DNA from: Acaryochloris marina S15 | GTDB taxonomy: Bacteria; Cyanobacteriota; Cyanobacteriia; Thermosynechococcales; Thermosynechococcaceae | Length of the DNA stretch: 32,000 nucleotides | Assembly: GCF_018336915.1 (NCBI RefSeq) | Contig: NZ_CP064923.1 | Span: 1,530,001-1,562,000, forward strand | Direction of reading: 5' to 3' | Shown: positions 1 to 8,330 of the stretch, one piece after another | How positions within the stretch are numbered: the first letter of the stretch is position 1 | How the letters are laid out: each line of letters opens with the position of its first letter | The notes under the pieces: generated by a model | Seen by the model: the letters and a program-made list of their open reading frames with translations, nothing else | Told to the model about the DNA's origin: nothing | Database searches by the model: none | Made by a program: the position numbers and the translations under genes

Positions 1-1
1 G

Positions 2-2686
2 TCCCTCAAAATTGAATTACGCAAATCCATCGGCCAGGACTGCGCCATTGAAACAGCTCAGGGGGGTGAAGAAGCCCTAGAGATTGTGGATGAACTCCTA
101 GAAGATGAATATGAAGTGGCGGTGGTGATCTCTGACTACATCATGCCTGGCATGAAGGGGGATCAGGTGCTTCAGCGCATTCATGAGAAATCCCCCGAGA
201 CGATCACGGTGATGCTGACGGGGCAGGCAGACGTAGATGCGATCGCACATGCCGTTACCCATGCCGATCTCTATCGCTACATTGCCAAACCCTGGCAGTC
301 AGACGATTTGAAGTTAACCATTTCCGCTGCGGTCCAGAGTTATCTGACAGATCAGCAGTTAGCCGATCAAAATCAAGAACTACAGTCGGTGAACCAACAG
401 CTGCAGCGACAGACAGCGGAACAAGAACAGGTCATTCAAGAGCGGACTGCTGCCTTAGAGGCCGCCAATCAGAATCTGAATCTGCAAATTCAACGGGTTC
501 TACTGGTTGAGCAGATTACCCAAGACATTCGTCGCAGCCTCGATACCCAGCATATTTTCCAAACCACCGTCGATCAGTTGGGCTATACCCTAGAAACCAA
601 TCGCTGCTTTATTCAAAGCTATTCAATCCAGACTTCTGCAGACTCTGATCTGGCGGAGTATTTAGAGATAGATTATGCCTCCTGCCTGGAACTGGAGATG
701 GGCAATCATCCTTTGCTGTCAGAAATTTTTGGTCATGATCGCGTATGGGCTATTCCTGAACTAGATCGGGACAAGATGACTGAGGGGGAAATCCAGTTTT
801 GTGAACAGGCCCAGCTCAAGTCTTTGATGGCGACTCGCACCTCCTATCAGGGCCAAGCCAATGGGGTAATTGTGCTACATCAGTGCGATCGCAACCGCAA
901 TTGGTCTGCAGCAGATATCGAACTGTTAGAAGCCGTGGCGGGTCAGGTGGGAATTGCCATTGCCCAAGCCCAACTCTTAGAGCAAGAGCAACAGCAGCGC
1001 CAGGCCTTAGAAACCAACAATACGGCCCTGGTACAAGCCAAGCGAGAGGCCGATACGGCCAATCAATCTAAATCCCAGTTCTTAGCCAATATGAGCCATG
1101 AGCTGCGGACTCCCATGAATGCCGTGATTGGCATGACCGGTCTGCTGCTGAATACAGATTTGGATGTGCAGCAAGAAGACTTTGTGGAAACCATCCGCAG
1201 CAGCGGGGATGCATTGTTAAGCCTGATCAACGATATTTTAGATTTCTCCAAAATAGAAGCTGGGAAGCTGGAATTTGAGAATCAGCCCTTTGACCTACGG
1301 ATTTGTATCGAACAGGCCCTCCGCATTGTCGCCCCGAGAGCGGTGGATAAATCCTTAGAGTTGGCGTACCTATTTGAACCCGAGACTCCTGAGTGGATCG
1401 TGGGAGATGTGACCCGGCTGCGGCAAATTATCGTAAACTTGCTCACCAATGGCATCAAGTTTACGGAGACTGGCGAAGTGGTGGTCTATATCGAAGACGT
1501 TACGGCCGATAGTCCCACCCCAGTCCGAGCAGGACACCATATGCTCCAGATTGTGGTTAAAGACACGGGGATTGGCATTCCTGCCGATCGCATGGATCGA
1601 TTGTTTAAATCCTTTAGCCAAGTAGATGCGTCCACCACCCGCAAATATGGCGGTACGGGCTTAGGGTTAGCCATTTGTCATCGACTGTGTGAGCTGATGG
1701 GAGGCCACATGTGGGTCACAAGCAAAGTCGGCCAAGGCTCTTCCTTCTGCTTCACGATTTCCGTCCCCGTGGCTGATCCGGCTCAGCGACCCATGATTTC
1801 CCCTGCCCACCTGGATGGCAAGCATCTGTTGATCGTGGACGATAATCCTACCAACTGTAAAATTTTGACCCTGCAAGCAAAGGCCTGGGGCATGACCAGC
1901 CAGGCCGTCCAGGGAGGTGCCGCCGCCTTAGAACTGCTGACAGCCGATCATTCCTTCGATCTGGCTGTCCTGGATATGCAAATGCCAGAAATGGATGGGT
2001 TAACCTTGGCGGGGCAGATTCGGGAGCAGCTGGCGGACTTTCCCTTGGTGATGTTGAGTTCTTTGGGCAAAGATGAATTGCTTCAACAGCAGAAGAATAT
2101 CAACTTTGCGGCCATCTTAAATAAACCGATTCAGCAATCGCGGCTCCATGATGTTCTGGCCAATATTTTTGGGGAACCGACCGAGCCAGAAGAACAGCAG
2201 CCTGAGATGGAGCGGGTGAGCCCAGACTCCCTGAGCATTTTGCTCGCAGAAGATGTGGCGGTGAACCAGAAAGTCGCCTTACTGATTCTGAAGCAACTGG
2301 GGTATAGCGCTGATGTCGCCAGTGATGGCCATGAAGTCTTGGCGGCCCTAAAGCGCCAAACCTACGACATTGTGTTGATGGATGTCCATATGCCAGAAAT
2401 GGATGGCCTGACAGCAGCAGCCACCATTCAACAGGAATGGGAACCCGAGGATCGCCCCCATATTATTGCCTTGACCGCCAATGCCATGCAGGGGGATCGG
2501 GAACGGTGCCTAGCGGTAGGGATGCAGGACTATGTCAGTAAGCCCATTCGTACCGAAGAATTGCAAGCCGCGTTTGATCGGTATCTAGAGCAGGCTTCGG
2601 TGAAGGTGATGGCCTCAGCTATGACAAGCAGCCGCTCAATTGAGAGAATTGATCCCTCCTTGCATCAAACTGGATCTGATAGGTGA
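2..2686 (+). CDS. Hybrid sensor histidine kinase/response regulator (REC - coiled coil - GAF - HisKA - HATPase_c - REC - REC); 5' end lies outside the window
   Basis: The frame of the tracked ORF (86..2686) stays open back to nt 2 ([29 protein letters not shown]...), so the N-terminal receiver starts upstream of the window. H-box [14 protein letters not shown]-lid motifs DTGIGIP and GGTGLGLAI. Two C-terminal receivers carry DMQMPEMDG and [11 protein letters not shown]-rich coiled coil and a GAF-like segment lie between. Confidence 0.9.
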   Translation, partial: SLKIELRKSIGQDCAIETAQGGEEALEIVDELLEDEYEVAVVISDYIMPGMKGDQVLQRIHEKSPETITVMLTGQADVDAIAHAVTHADLYRYIAKPWQSDDLKLTISAAVQSYLTDQQLADQNQELQSVNQQLQRQTAEQEQVIQERTAALEAANQNLNLQIQRVLLVEQITQDIRRSLDTQHIFQTTVDQLGYTLETNRCFIQSYSIQTSADSDLAEYLEIDYASCLELEMGNHPLLSEIFGHDRVWAIPELDRDKMTEGEIQFCEQAQLKSLMATRTSYQGQANGVIVLHQCDRNRNWSAADIELLEAVAGQVGIAIAQAQLLEQEQQQRQALETNNTALVQAKREADTANQSKSQFLANMSHELRTPMNAVIGMTGLLLNTDLDVQQEDFVETIRSSGDALLSLINDILDFSKIEAGKLEFENQPFDLRICIEQALRIVAPRAVDKSLELAYLFEPETPEWIVGDVTRLRQIIVNLLTNGIKFTETGEVVVYIEDVTADSPTPVRAGHHMLQIVVKDTGIGIPADRMDRLFKSFSQVDASTTRKYGGTGLGLAICHRLCELMGGHMWVTSKVGQGSSFCFTISVPVADPAQRPMISPAHLDGKHLLIVDDNPTNCKILTLQAKAWGMTSQAVQGGAAALELLTADHSFDLAVLDMQMPEMDGLTLAGQIREQLADFPLVMLSSLGKDELLQQQKNINFAAILNKPIQQSRLHDVLANIFGEPTEPEEQQPEMERVSPDSLSILLAEDVAVNQKVALLILKQLGYSADVASDGHEVLAALKRQTYDIVLMDVHMPEMDGLTAAATIQQEWEPEDRPHIIALTANAMQGDRERCLAVGMQDYVSKPIRTEELQAAFDRYLEQASVKVMASAMTSSRSIERIDPSLHQTGSDR

Positions 2687-2719
2687 ATCCTATAAGACAG
2701 AGGATTAGCGAGGATCAGC

Positions 2720-4141
2720 ATGGCAGAAGAAAGAACGTATTTAGAGCTGTCAGAAGAAGCAGGGATAGCCCACAAGTTTTATGAAGTGGTGGTGGATGGC
2801 ACTGAGCTAAAAATCCGGTATGGACGGATTGGCAATGCGGGCCAAACCCAGGAAAAGATTTTGGCCACCCCCGAAAAAGCAAAAGCCGAAGCCGATAAAA
2901 AAATTAAAGCAAAGCTGCGCAAAGGCTATGAACCCGCCGTCCAAGGCGTACGAAAGAAACGGGCCATTACCCGACGGGAAATTACCAGTACTCGCTCTTC
3001 GGCCAATCGTGCTCCGGTGTTGTGGAGGTTTGCCTCCGGTGCATCCGCCTTTGGCATCTTTATTGACGAATCCCGGTGCTGGGTGGGCAATCAAAAGGGC
3101 CAAATCTTTACCCTGACTCCTGAGGGCCAAGTCACCCAAGAGTTTAAACTCCCCGATGGCGTTAAATGTATTGTGGCCGATGATGATTGGCTCTATGCCG
3201 GTTGTGACGACGGCAAAGTCTACGACCTGAGCGGTAAAATCCCCCGAGTGGCCTATTCCATTGCCGACGATGTCGATATCTTTTGGCTAGATATCAACGA
3301 CGGTATTTTAGGGGTCTCGGATCGCCAGGGCGTCGTCACCACCATTAACCATGAAGAAGAATCTCAGTGGAATCAACGCAGTAGTGGTGATCATGGCTGG
3401 ATGGTCCGGTGCGATGAGATTGGCGTCTACCATGGCCATGCCGGTGGGGTGACCATGTATGACTGGGAAGATGGTCAGGTGATTTGGGACCAGCATACAG
3501 AGGGAGCAGTCTTGTTTGGTTGGCAGGAAGAGTCCACGGTCTATGCCGGTACCAGCCGAGGCCATATCTACTGTTTCACCAAACAAGGCCAGCGGGAACA
3601 GATCCTCAAGTGCGATACCCAAGTCTATTCCTGTGCAGCGGCGGAAGAAGGCAAATATGTCTTTGCGGGAGACAGCTCCTCTTCTATTTATTGTTTTAAT
3701 GCAGAAGGCAAACGCCTGTGGAAGTTGGGAACGGGCTGTGGTTCTGCCTTCTCCATGCAGTTTATTCAAGATCGTCTGTATATTGTGACGACGGATGGAT
3801 CGTTGGCCTGTATTGACGCTAGCGAAGCTGCCATTCAAGCTGCCCAAGCCGGTACAGTGCCGGATGTGGTGAATGTGAAAGCGCCGAAACTAGATGCGAT
3901 CGCAGCTTCGTCTACCTTAGAAACCACTACTAGTGCGGGGCAAGGTGTGATTCTAGTCTGTATAAAAGACAGCAGCAAACTGCGGGTCCGGGTCGAGTCT
4001 GCGGGCTATCACACGGACTGGAATGTCCAATTCCCCAAGGAAATGCGGGAAGCAGGGGCTCGGTATGTCGTAGAAGACCTACGGGAAGCCGCCCGAGGCG
4101 GATTTTACCGCGCCTACGGTGAAATCAAGAAGCTGGTTTAA
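2720..4141 (+). CDS. WGR domain protein fused to a PQQ/WD-like beta-propeller and a C-terminal ~70-aa domain
   Basis: The N-terminus KFYEVVVDGTELKIRYGRIGNAGQTQEK...KIKAKLRKGYEP is a classic WGR signature. It is followed by repeated beta-strand blades (LYAGCDDGKVYDL, VYAGTSRGHIYCF, VFAGDSSSSIYCF, LYIVTTDGSLACI). The gene starts 33 nt after the kinase stop. Confidence 0.8.
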   Translation: MAEERTYLELSEEAGIAHKFYEVVVDGTELKIRYGRIGNAGQTQEKILATPEKAKAEADKKIKAKLRKGYEPAVQGVRKKRAITRREITSTRSSANRAPVLWRFASGASAFGIFIDESRCWVGNQKGQIFTLTPEGQVTQEFKLPDGVKCIVADDDWLYAGCDDGKVYDLSGKIPRVAYSIADDVDIFWLDINDGILGVSDRQGVVTTINHEEESQWNQRSSGDHGWMVRCDEIGVYHGHAGGVTMYDWEDGQVIWDQHTEGAVLFGWQEESTVYAGTSRGHIYCFTKQGQREQILKCDTQVYSCAAAEEGKYVFAGDSSSSIYCFNAEGKRLWKLGTGCGSAFSMQFIQDRLYIVTTDGSLACIDASEAAIQAAQAGTVPDVVNVKAPKLDAIAASSTLETTTSAGQGVILVCIKDSSKLRVRVESAGYHTDWNVQFPKEMREAGARYVVEDLREAARGGFYRAYGEIKKLV

Positions 4142-5555
4142 AGACTGGAACGCGGGGTGGGTATTTGCGCTTAATTCGCTTGACTTGAGCCTGAAACTGG
4201 GCTCCGCGTTCAGGATTTACCATATCGACAAAATTGGCATAGCCTTGGATGACAGCAAAGGATACCGCCTGCCCCCCCCAATGCTGATCGTCATAGCCTG
4301 ACTGCTCAATTTGGTGAAGCAACGCTCGAAATCGCTTCAGGGTTTTACGGTCAACGTTCAGCTTTTCGTTGACAACCACCCCCGTCACCTCTTGCTGCCG
4401 ACCACTGCGGAGAACCCGCGTTTTCTGGGGATGAATCGTAAATCCTTCGTGGGTAACAATGGCATGGGTCCGCCGCAACAGTTTGCCCACCTGCTGCTGA
4501 GGCTGACCTGTCGTCGAGAAGGTTAGATCATCTGCATAGCGCGTATACAGATATCCCAACTCTGCTGCCATAGCAGTCAATCGACGATCCAGACGGCGAC
4601 AGAGCAGATTGGTGAGGATGGGGCTGGTGGGTGCCCCTTGAGGTAAGTGGCGCTGAGACTGGGCCACATAATAATTCTGGCCATCCAAGTCCACTTCCAC
4701 CACATCGGGTTCCGTACAGAGCAGAGCGAAAATAGTAGCGGCAGCTTCGCTATAGCCAAAGGAACGAAATAAACCTTTGATCCGAGGATAGGAAATAGAC
4801 GGGAAAAAATCTTGGAGATCGAGGTTAATCACCACATCGGCCCCCAAATGGGGCATCGCGTTGGTGACAATAGAGCGACCTGGGCAAAATCCATGGGCAG
4901 CCTCATGGAGGGGGATGGATGCTAACAGTTTTTCTGCGATCCAATATTGGGCCTGCTTCAGACGAGGCATGGGGGCTGAAATCAACCGTTCTCCCCCAGT
5001 TTTCTTCGGAATTTTGAAGCGAACATAGTGGGAGATTTGGGCGGTACGCCGAGAGAAAGCTAAGAAGCGCAACTGTCCAACGCTAATCTGCATGGCCTTG
5101 GCAATCTCTTCCGCAGTCCCATAGGCAGGGAGTCCATATTGCTGGAGTCGTGTCAGATCGCACTCGGTCCGATTAAGTCCCCCAGAAACCCCTGCTCCCA
5201 GATAGACAATATCGCGAGCTTTTCGGTCTCGCCATGCTGTCGCCCGAGCCTGTCGTTCTTGCTCTCGTCGCTCTTTGGTTTCTTGGCGCTTCTTCTTAGA
5301 AGCAGCGAGTCGCTCCCTGTAGAGCTGCTTTTTAATGGCGGCTTCGTTATGTAGTTTGCGGTTCTCGGCCCGCAACGCCGCTAGTTCCCGCTGTATTTCT
5401 CCTTTACGCCGAATCTCATTCGTCGGATCTTGGGGCATCTCGCCTTCGGCGGGCCAAAATCCTAACCGCACCATTTCTTCTAAGATGACCTCATCACGGG
5501 AGCTTTGGCGGATGCGATCGTAGAGTTCTTGGCGGGTACGAGGTTGATTGGACAT
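4125..5555 (-). CDS. Retron-type reverse transcriptase with ~125-aa charged N-terminal extension
   Basis: Block-by-block resemblance to retron Ec86 RT:
- YGLPAYGTAEEIAKAMQISVGQLRFLAF
- KKTGGERLISAP
- SIVTNAMPHLGADVVINLDLQDFFPSI (NAxxH plus motif A)
- LPQGAPTSPILTNL
- YTRYADDLTFS (YADD)
- RQQEVTGVVVNEKLNV (VTG). Confidence 0.9.
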   Translation of the reverse strand: MSNQPRTRQELYDRIRQSSRDEVILEEMVRLGFWPAEGEMPQDPTNEIRRKGEIQRELAALRAENRKLHNEAAIKKQLYRERLAASKKKRQETKERREQERQARATAWRDRKARDIVYLGAGVSGGLNRTECDLTRLQQYGLPAYGTAEEIAKAMQISVGQLRFLAFSRRTAQISHYVRFKIPKKTGGERLISAPMPRLKQAQYWIAEKLLASIPLHEAAHGFCPGRSIVTNAMPHLGADVVINLDLQDFFPSISYPRIKGLFRSFGYSEAAATIFALLCTEPDVVEVDLDGQNYYVAQSQRHLPQGAPTSPILTNLLCRRLDRRLTAMAAELGYLYTRYADDLTFSTTGQPQQQVGKLLRRTHAIVTHEGFTIHPQKTRVLRSGRQQEVTGVVVNEKLNVDRKTLKRFRALLHQIEQSGYDDQHWGGQAVSFAVIQGYANFVDMVNPERGAQFQAQVKRIKRKYPPRVPVFKPAS

Positions 5556-5608
5556 GGAGTCAGGAAGGTGAACTCGATGATATGAATAGCTGTCTATTTT
5601 GAAAAAAA

Positions 5609-5842
5609 TAAACCCGGTCAGTTAAGTGCCTCTTCGTAAACCTCTTAGGACTGGATTGCTCAACTCGAGCGGGGCCGCCCTACTGTGGCTCGTTAGTTTC
5701 ATGGAAACTAAACCGTAACAGCCACAGTAGGGCGAAGCCCCGCACAGTAAAGAGCAAGCCAGTGATGCGCGTTTAGACTAATCACATGAATGGCGATGCA
5801 CCATTCGGGTTGCAAGGGGTAAATCGTAACCGACTGGGTTTT
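5609..5842 (-). ncRNA. Candidate retron msr-msd non-coding RNA
   Basis: Non-coding, on the same strand as the RT and 54 nt upstream of it.
- Long-range inverted repeat 5610-5624 / 5827-5841: 15 positions, 13 Watson-Crick plus 1 wobble. This is a1/a2-like.
- Small hairpin GAATGG-n7-CCATTC at 5788-5806, msr-like.
- Long hairpin at 5669-5743, msd-like.
- TACTAT -10-like hexamer on the minus strand at 5843-5848.
- U7 tract directly after the a2-like arm (plus-strand A-run 5602-5608). Confidence 0.55.
5669..5743 (-). repeat. 75-nt imperfect hairpin (candidate msd stem)
   Basis: Three paired segments:
- GCGGGGC (5669-5675) pairs with GCCCCGC (5737-5743).
- CGCCCTACTGTGGCT (5676-5690) pairs perfectly with AGCCACAGTAGGGCG (5720-5734).
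- The apical TTAGTTTC (5693-5700) pairs with GAAACTAA (5704-5711).
This gives about 30 bp of stem. The structure is certain; the function is inferred. Confidence 0.85.
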
Positions 5843-6035
5843 ATAGTACTTTTGTACTGTTAGTGTATCATAACACTCTGTTCGTAGAATGCCCAATATT
5901 TAGGTCAGGCTTGCAGTTGAAGGGCTTTCTATCAATAGCGAAAAAGTTAGGTGAATATATTAACCCCATCCATCTGACGGTGTCAGTTTTGACGGAGTAT
6001 CCAGGTAAAGCCGATAGGGATATTCCCTCGATGAG

Positions 6036-6545
6036 CTAATTTCCTCTGGGACAGTATATTGACACGATCTGGCATCCTTCGACATGCGGATCAGTATTGC
6101 TTGTTCGCAATAACTCTTGCTGTATCTCCATAACTGTCTGGCAACTCAGGATTAGCGCATTAGGGGACAAGGAACGATTGATGCTGTCTACATCATTTCC
6201 CCAATTGGTCAGCAAGGATACGTCGTAATAACCATCAATTAAATCAAATCCCAAAAAACGTGGATCGCTCTCGTCATGCTCACTAAATTTTAACCCCACT
6301 AAATCGCCCTGACCTATCTGGTAATGCTTTTGGACGGCGTAGTCATAATCCGTTATCAAATGAACTCTGAAATTCTCATGGTCAATATGATTCCAGTCTT
6401 CACCCTCTAGATCACTCAAAAGACTGGGTCTGAGGATGCCATCTATAGAGCCAAATTCTGTGAAGGCTAACCCTCGCCACTGACAGTAGCTTGTCCAGCG
6501 ATCGCCATCACTGGGAGAAAAACTTTCGATAATGGTAAACAGCAT
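6036..6545 (-). CDS. Hypothetical acidic 169-aa protein, no recognisable domain
   Basis: Clean ORF with an ATG start, co-oriented with and directly upstream of the ncRNA/RT. It contains a HIP1 site (6498-6505). I could place no motifs. Confidence 0.55.
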   Translation of the reverse strand: MLFTIIESFSPSDGDRWTSYCQWRGLAFTEFGSIDGILRPSLLSDLEGEDWNHIDHENFRVHLITDYDYAVQKHYQIGQGDLVGLKFSEHDESDPRFLGFDLIDGYYDVSLLTNWGNDVDSINRSLSPNALILSCQTVMEIQQELLRTSNTDPHVEGCQIVSIYCPRGN

Positions 6546-6691
6546 GTTCTTAGACTCATGGCTCGATCAACATTGTTTTGGGCTGGGGTATTGATTGTTA
6601 AACATCTGTTGTGAAGGCTGCGTATAATACCAATTTGTGTTTTGGGATGTAATTTAGATAGGATCTAATCCTATGTTCATTCCATAAGTAT

Positions 6692-7210
6692 ATGAGTCGA
6701 GTTAGTACAGTTAAACCGCATCTAACAGTGGATGAGGTGAAAGACAAAATTGCTACGGCTCCGACTGCCCGCTGTCAGCAAAAATGGATGATTATTTATA
6801 ACGCCCTGGTAGATCCTCGCCCAGCTATCGAAATAGCCACGCATACTGCTACTAGTCTTCGAACGGTCCATCAGGTGATTTCCGCTTACAATCGCCTAGG
6901 AGCAGCAGCAATTGCTCCTAGGGCTAAACGGAAGAAGAATCCCGGTGCTTATCTGAGTATCGAAGAAGAGATTGAATTTTTAGAATCGTTTATTGAACGT
7001 GCTCAACAAGGTCATTTAACAACGGTTCAAGAGATCCAAACGGCCTTTGAGACTAAAGTGGAGACGTCAGTGGCACCCAGTACTATCTATCGTTTGCTAG
7101 ACCGACACGGATGGCGCAAACTCATGCCTCGTCCGTCCCATCCCAATGGAAACAAAGCGGCACGAGAGGCTTTTAAAAAAACTTTCGGGGGCTGGTCCAA
7201 ACCGCTGTAG
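6692..7210 (+). CDS. IS630 transposase OrfA (HTH / winged-helix N-terminal part)
   Basis: The 172-aa ORF ends ...REAFKKTFGGWSKPL*. Its N-terminal region is helix-turn-helix-like (IEIATHTATSLRTVHQVISAYN..., STIYRLLDRHGW). Confidence 0.8.
   Translation: MSRVSTVKPHLTVDEVKDKIATAPTARCQQKWMIIYNALVDPRPAIEIATHTATSLRTVHQVISAYNRLGAAAIAPRAKRKKNPGAYLSIEEEIEFLESFIERAQQGHLTTVQEIQTAFETKVETSVAPSTIYRLLDRHGWRKLMPRPSHPNGNKAAREAFKKTFGGWSKPL
7175..7181 (+). promoter_or_regulatory. A7 slippery run, putative programmed -1 frameshift / transcriptional slippage site
   Basis: In TTT AAA AAA ACT (OrfA frame), a -1 slip on the A-run gives ...EAFKK|NFRGLVQT..., fusing OrfA to OrfB. Confidence 0.6.
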
Positions 7211-7755
7211 CAGATCGCTCAGCTGAAGACCAACGTCCCATTGTGATCATGGCAGCAGACGAAGGGCGCTTTGGTCGTCTAGGGCAAGTAAGAAGAGCTT
7301 GGTGTGCTCCTGGAATTCGACCCGAAAGTGGGCAGCAGCTTGTCCGTGAATATCTCTATGGCTATGTTGCTGTTGCTCCTGCGTTAGGAAAGATGAGTGC
7401 TTTAGTCTTACCCTTTTCCAATACTCAGATGATGAACTTATTCCTAGCACAAGTGGCGGATGAATTTTCAGACTATTTTGTGGTGATGCAGGTCGATGGA
7501 GCGTCTTACCACACCGGAAAGAAGCTCGTCATTCCAGACAATATACGCTTGATTGTTCAGCCTCCTCGAAGTCCACAACTCAATGCTGTAGAGCATATCT
7601 GGGAGGAGGTGAAAGAAAAGCACTTCTACAATCAGGTTTTTGATTCTTTAGATGAGGTATCCGATACCTTGTGCAAGGGACTCAAAGAACTCATGGATTT
7701 ACCCGATAGGCTGACTTCTATGACCAATTTTCCTCATATGAGAATTACGATTTAA
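7177..7755 (+). CDS. IS630 transposase OrfB (DDE catalytic part), reached by -1 frameshift from OrfA
   Basis: The frame is open from 7177 (KNFRGLVQTAVADRSAEDQRPIVIMAADEGRFG...). DDE triad context: AADEGRFG, VVMQVDGASYH, PPRSPQLNAVEHIWEEVK. The tracked start (GTG 7243) is internal to this frame. Confidence 0.8.
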   Translation, partial: KNFRGLVQTAVADRSAEDQRPIVIMAADEGRFGRLGQVRRAWCAPGIRPESGQQLVREYLYGYVAVAPALGKMSALVLPFSNTQMMNLFLAQVADEFSDYFVVMQVDGASYHTGKKLVIPDNIRLIVQPPRSPQLNAVEHIWEEVKEKHFYNQVFDSLDEVSDTLCKGLKELMDLPDRLTSMTNFPHMRITI

Positions 7756-7781
7756 AACGCAAATTGGTATAAGAAGACTCG

Positions 7782-8330
7782 CTAAGATAAACCAGTTTGA
7801 ACAATGCGGGCAATATTTCGAGCATCATCAATACCCCGATGATGGACACCTTCAAGCTCCAGGCCTAGCCTAGTTAAAGCTCCAGCCATACCAAACTTCT
7901 TTATAGAGTTGATCTGGATAGAAAAGGCTTTCTTTAAATTGAGATGCCCTCCTGGAAAGGGATAGCCAACACCATGCAACTGGCAATCCTGCCTGAATTG
8001 ATGTCTGTCATAATCTCCCCAAGAGCAAAACAGATAACTGCCAAAGGGGTAAAACCAAGATTGGAAGTCTTTGAGTGCTATAGGAAAAAGTGGGGCCTTT
8101 TCAATATCTTGTTGAGCAATGGATGTTAGAGATTTACAGAACTCAGTCAGCACAGGATGAAGAATGGGCTTCACGAAGGTCTGATATTCACGCTCTATTT
8201 GAAGCGTTTGTGAGTTGAGAAGCACAGCTCCAATCTCAATCATCTCCATCCTTCGGCGAGGAATGGAATTATCATCTGCACAGGTGGCTTCAAGATCGAC
8301 AATCAAGTAATATTTCTGACTAATTTTCAT
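7782..8330 (-). CDS. DEDDh 3'-5' exonuclease (ERI-1/KapD-like)
   Basis: Motifs:
- YYLIVDLEATC (DxE)
- MIEIGAV
- CSWGDYDRHQF
- HHRGIDDARNIARI (H-x4-D)
The likely start is the MKISQKYY ATG at 8330. The tracked ORF extends to 8354. Confidence 0.8.
   Translation of the reverse strand: MKISQKYYLIVDLEATCADDNSIPRRRMEMIEIGAVLLNSQTLQIEREYQTFVKPILHPVLTEFCKSLTSIAQQDIEKAPLFPIALKDFQSWFYPFGSYLFCSWGDYDRHQFRQDCQLHGVGYPFPGGHLNLKKAFSIQINSIKKFGMAGALTRLGLELEGVHHRGIDDARNIARIVQTGLS

Larger units (their letters stand above)
6627..7770 (+). mobile_element. IS630-family insertion sequence (~1.14 kb)
   Basis: Imperfect terminal inverted repeats: ATACCAATTTGTGTTTTGGGATGTAA (6627-6652) versus the reverse complement of 7745-7770 (ATACCAATTTGCGTTTTAAATCGTAA). 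The first 17 nt carry 1 mismatch. The element encloses a two-frame HTH + DDE transposase. A TA lies on the left flank (6625-6626), but the right flank is AA, so the exact ends and the TSD are uncertain. Confidence 0.8.

Noticed and set aside
3308-3847. 179-aa ORF antisense to the WGR-propeller gene, and the other short ORFs inside 2720-4141
   Set aside because: These are shadow ORFs inside a gene with clear domain signatures on the opposite strand or frame. They have no motifs of their own.
4125-5555. Alternative identities for the RT: group II intron maturase, DGR RT, or Abi/UG defence RT
   Set aside because: - There is no maturase X or endonuclease domain, and no intron-like RNA domains flank the ORF.
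- There are no template/variable repeat pairs and no DGR-type motif-4 signature. The sequence has QGAPTSP.
- The NAxxH and VTG signatures and the close block-wise match to Ec86 RT favour a retron.
5974-5990. CTGAC-GGT-GTCAG hairpin followed by TTTT on the plus strand
   Set aside because: It is oriented as a plus-strand terminator, but no plus-strand gene lies upstream. The stem is only 5 bp and is likely fortuitous.
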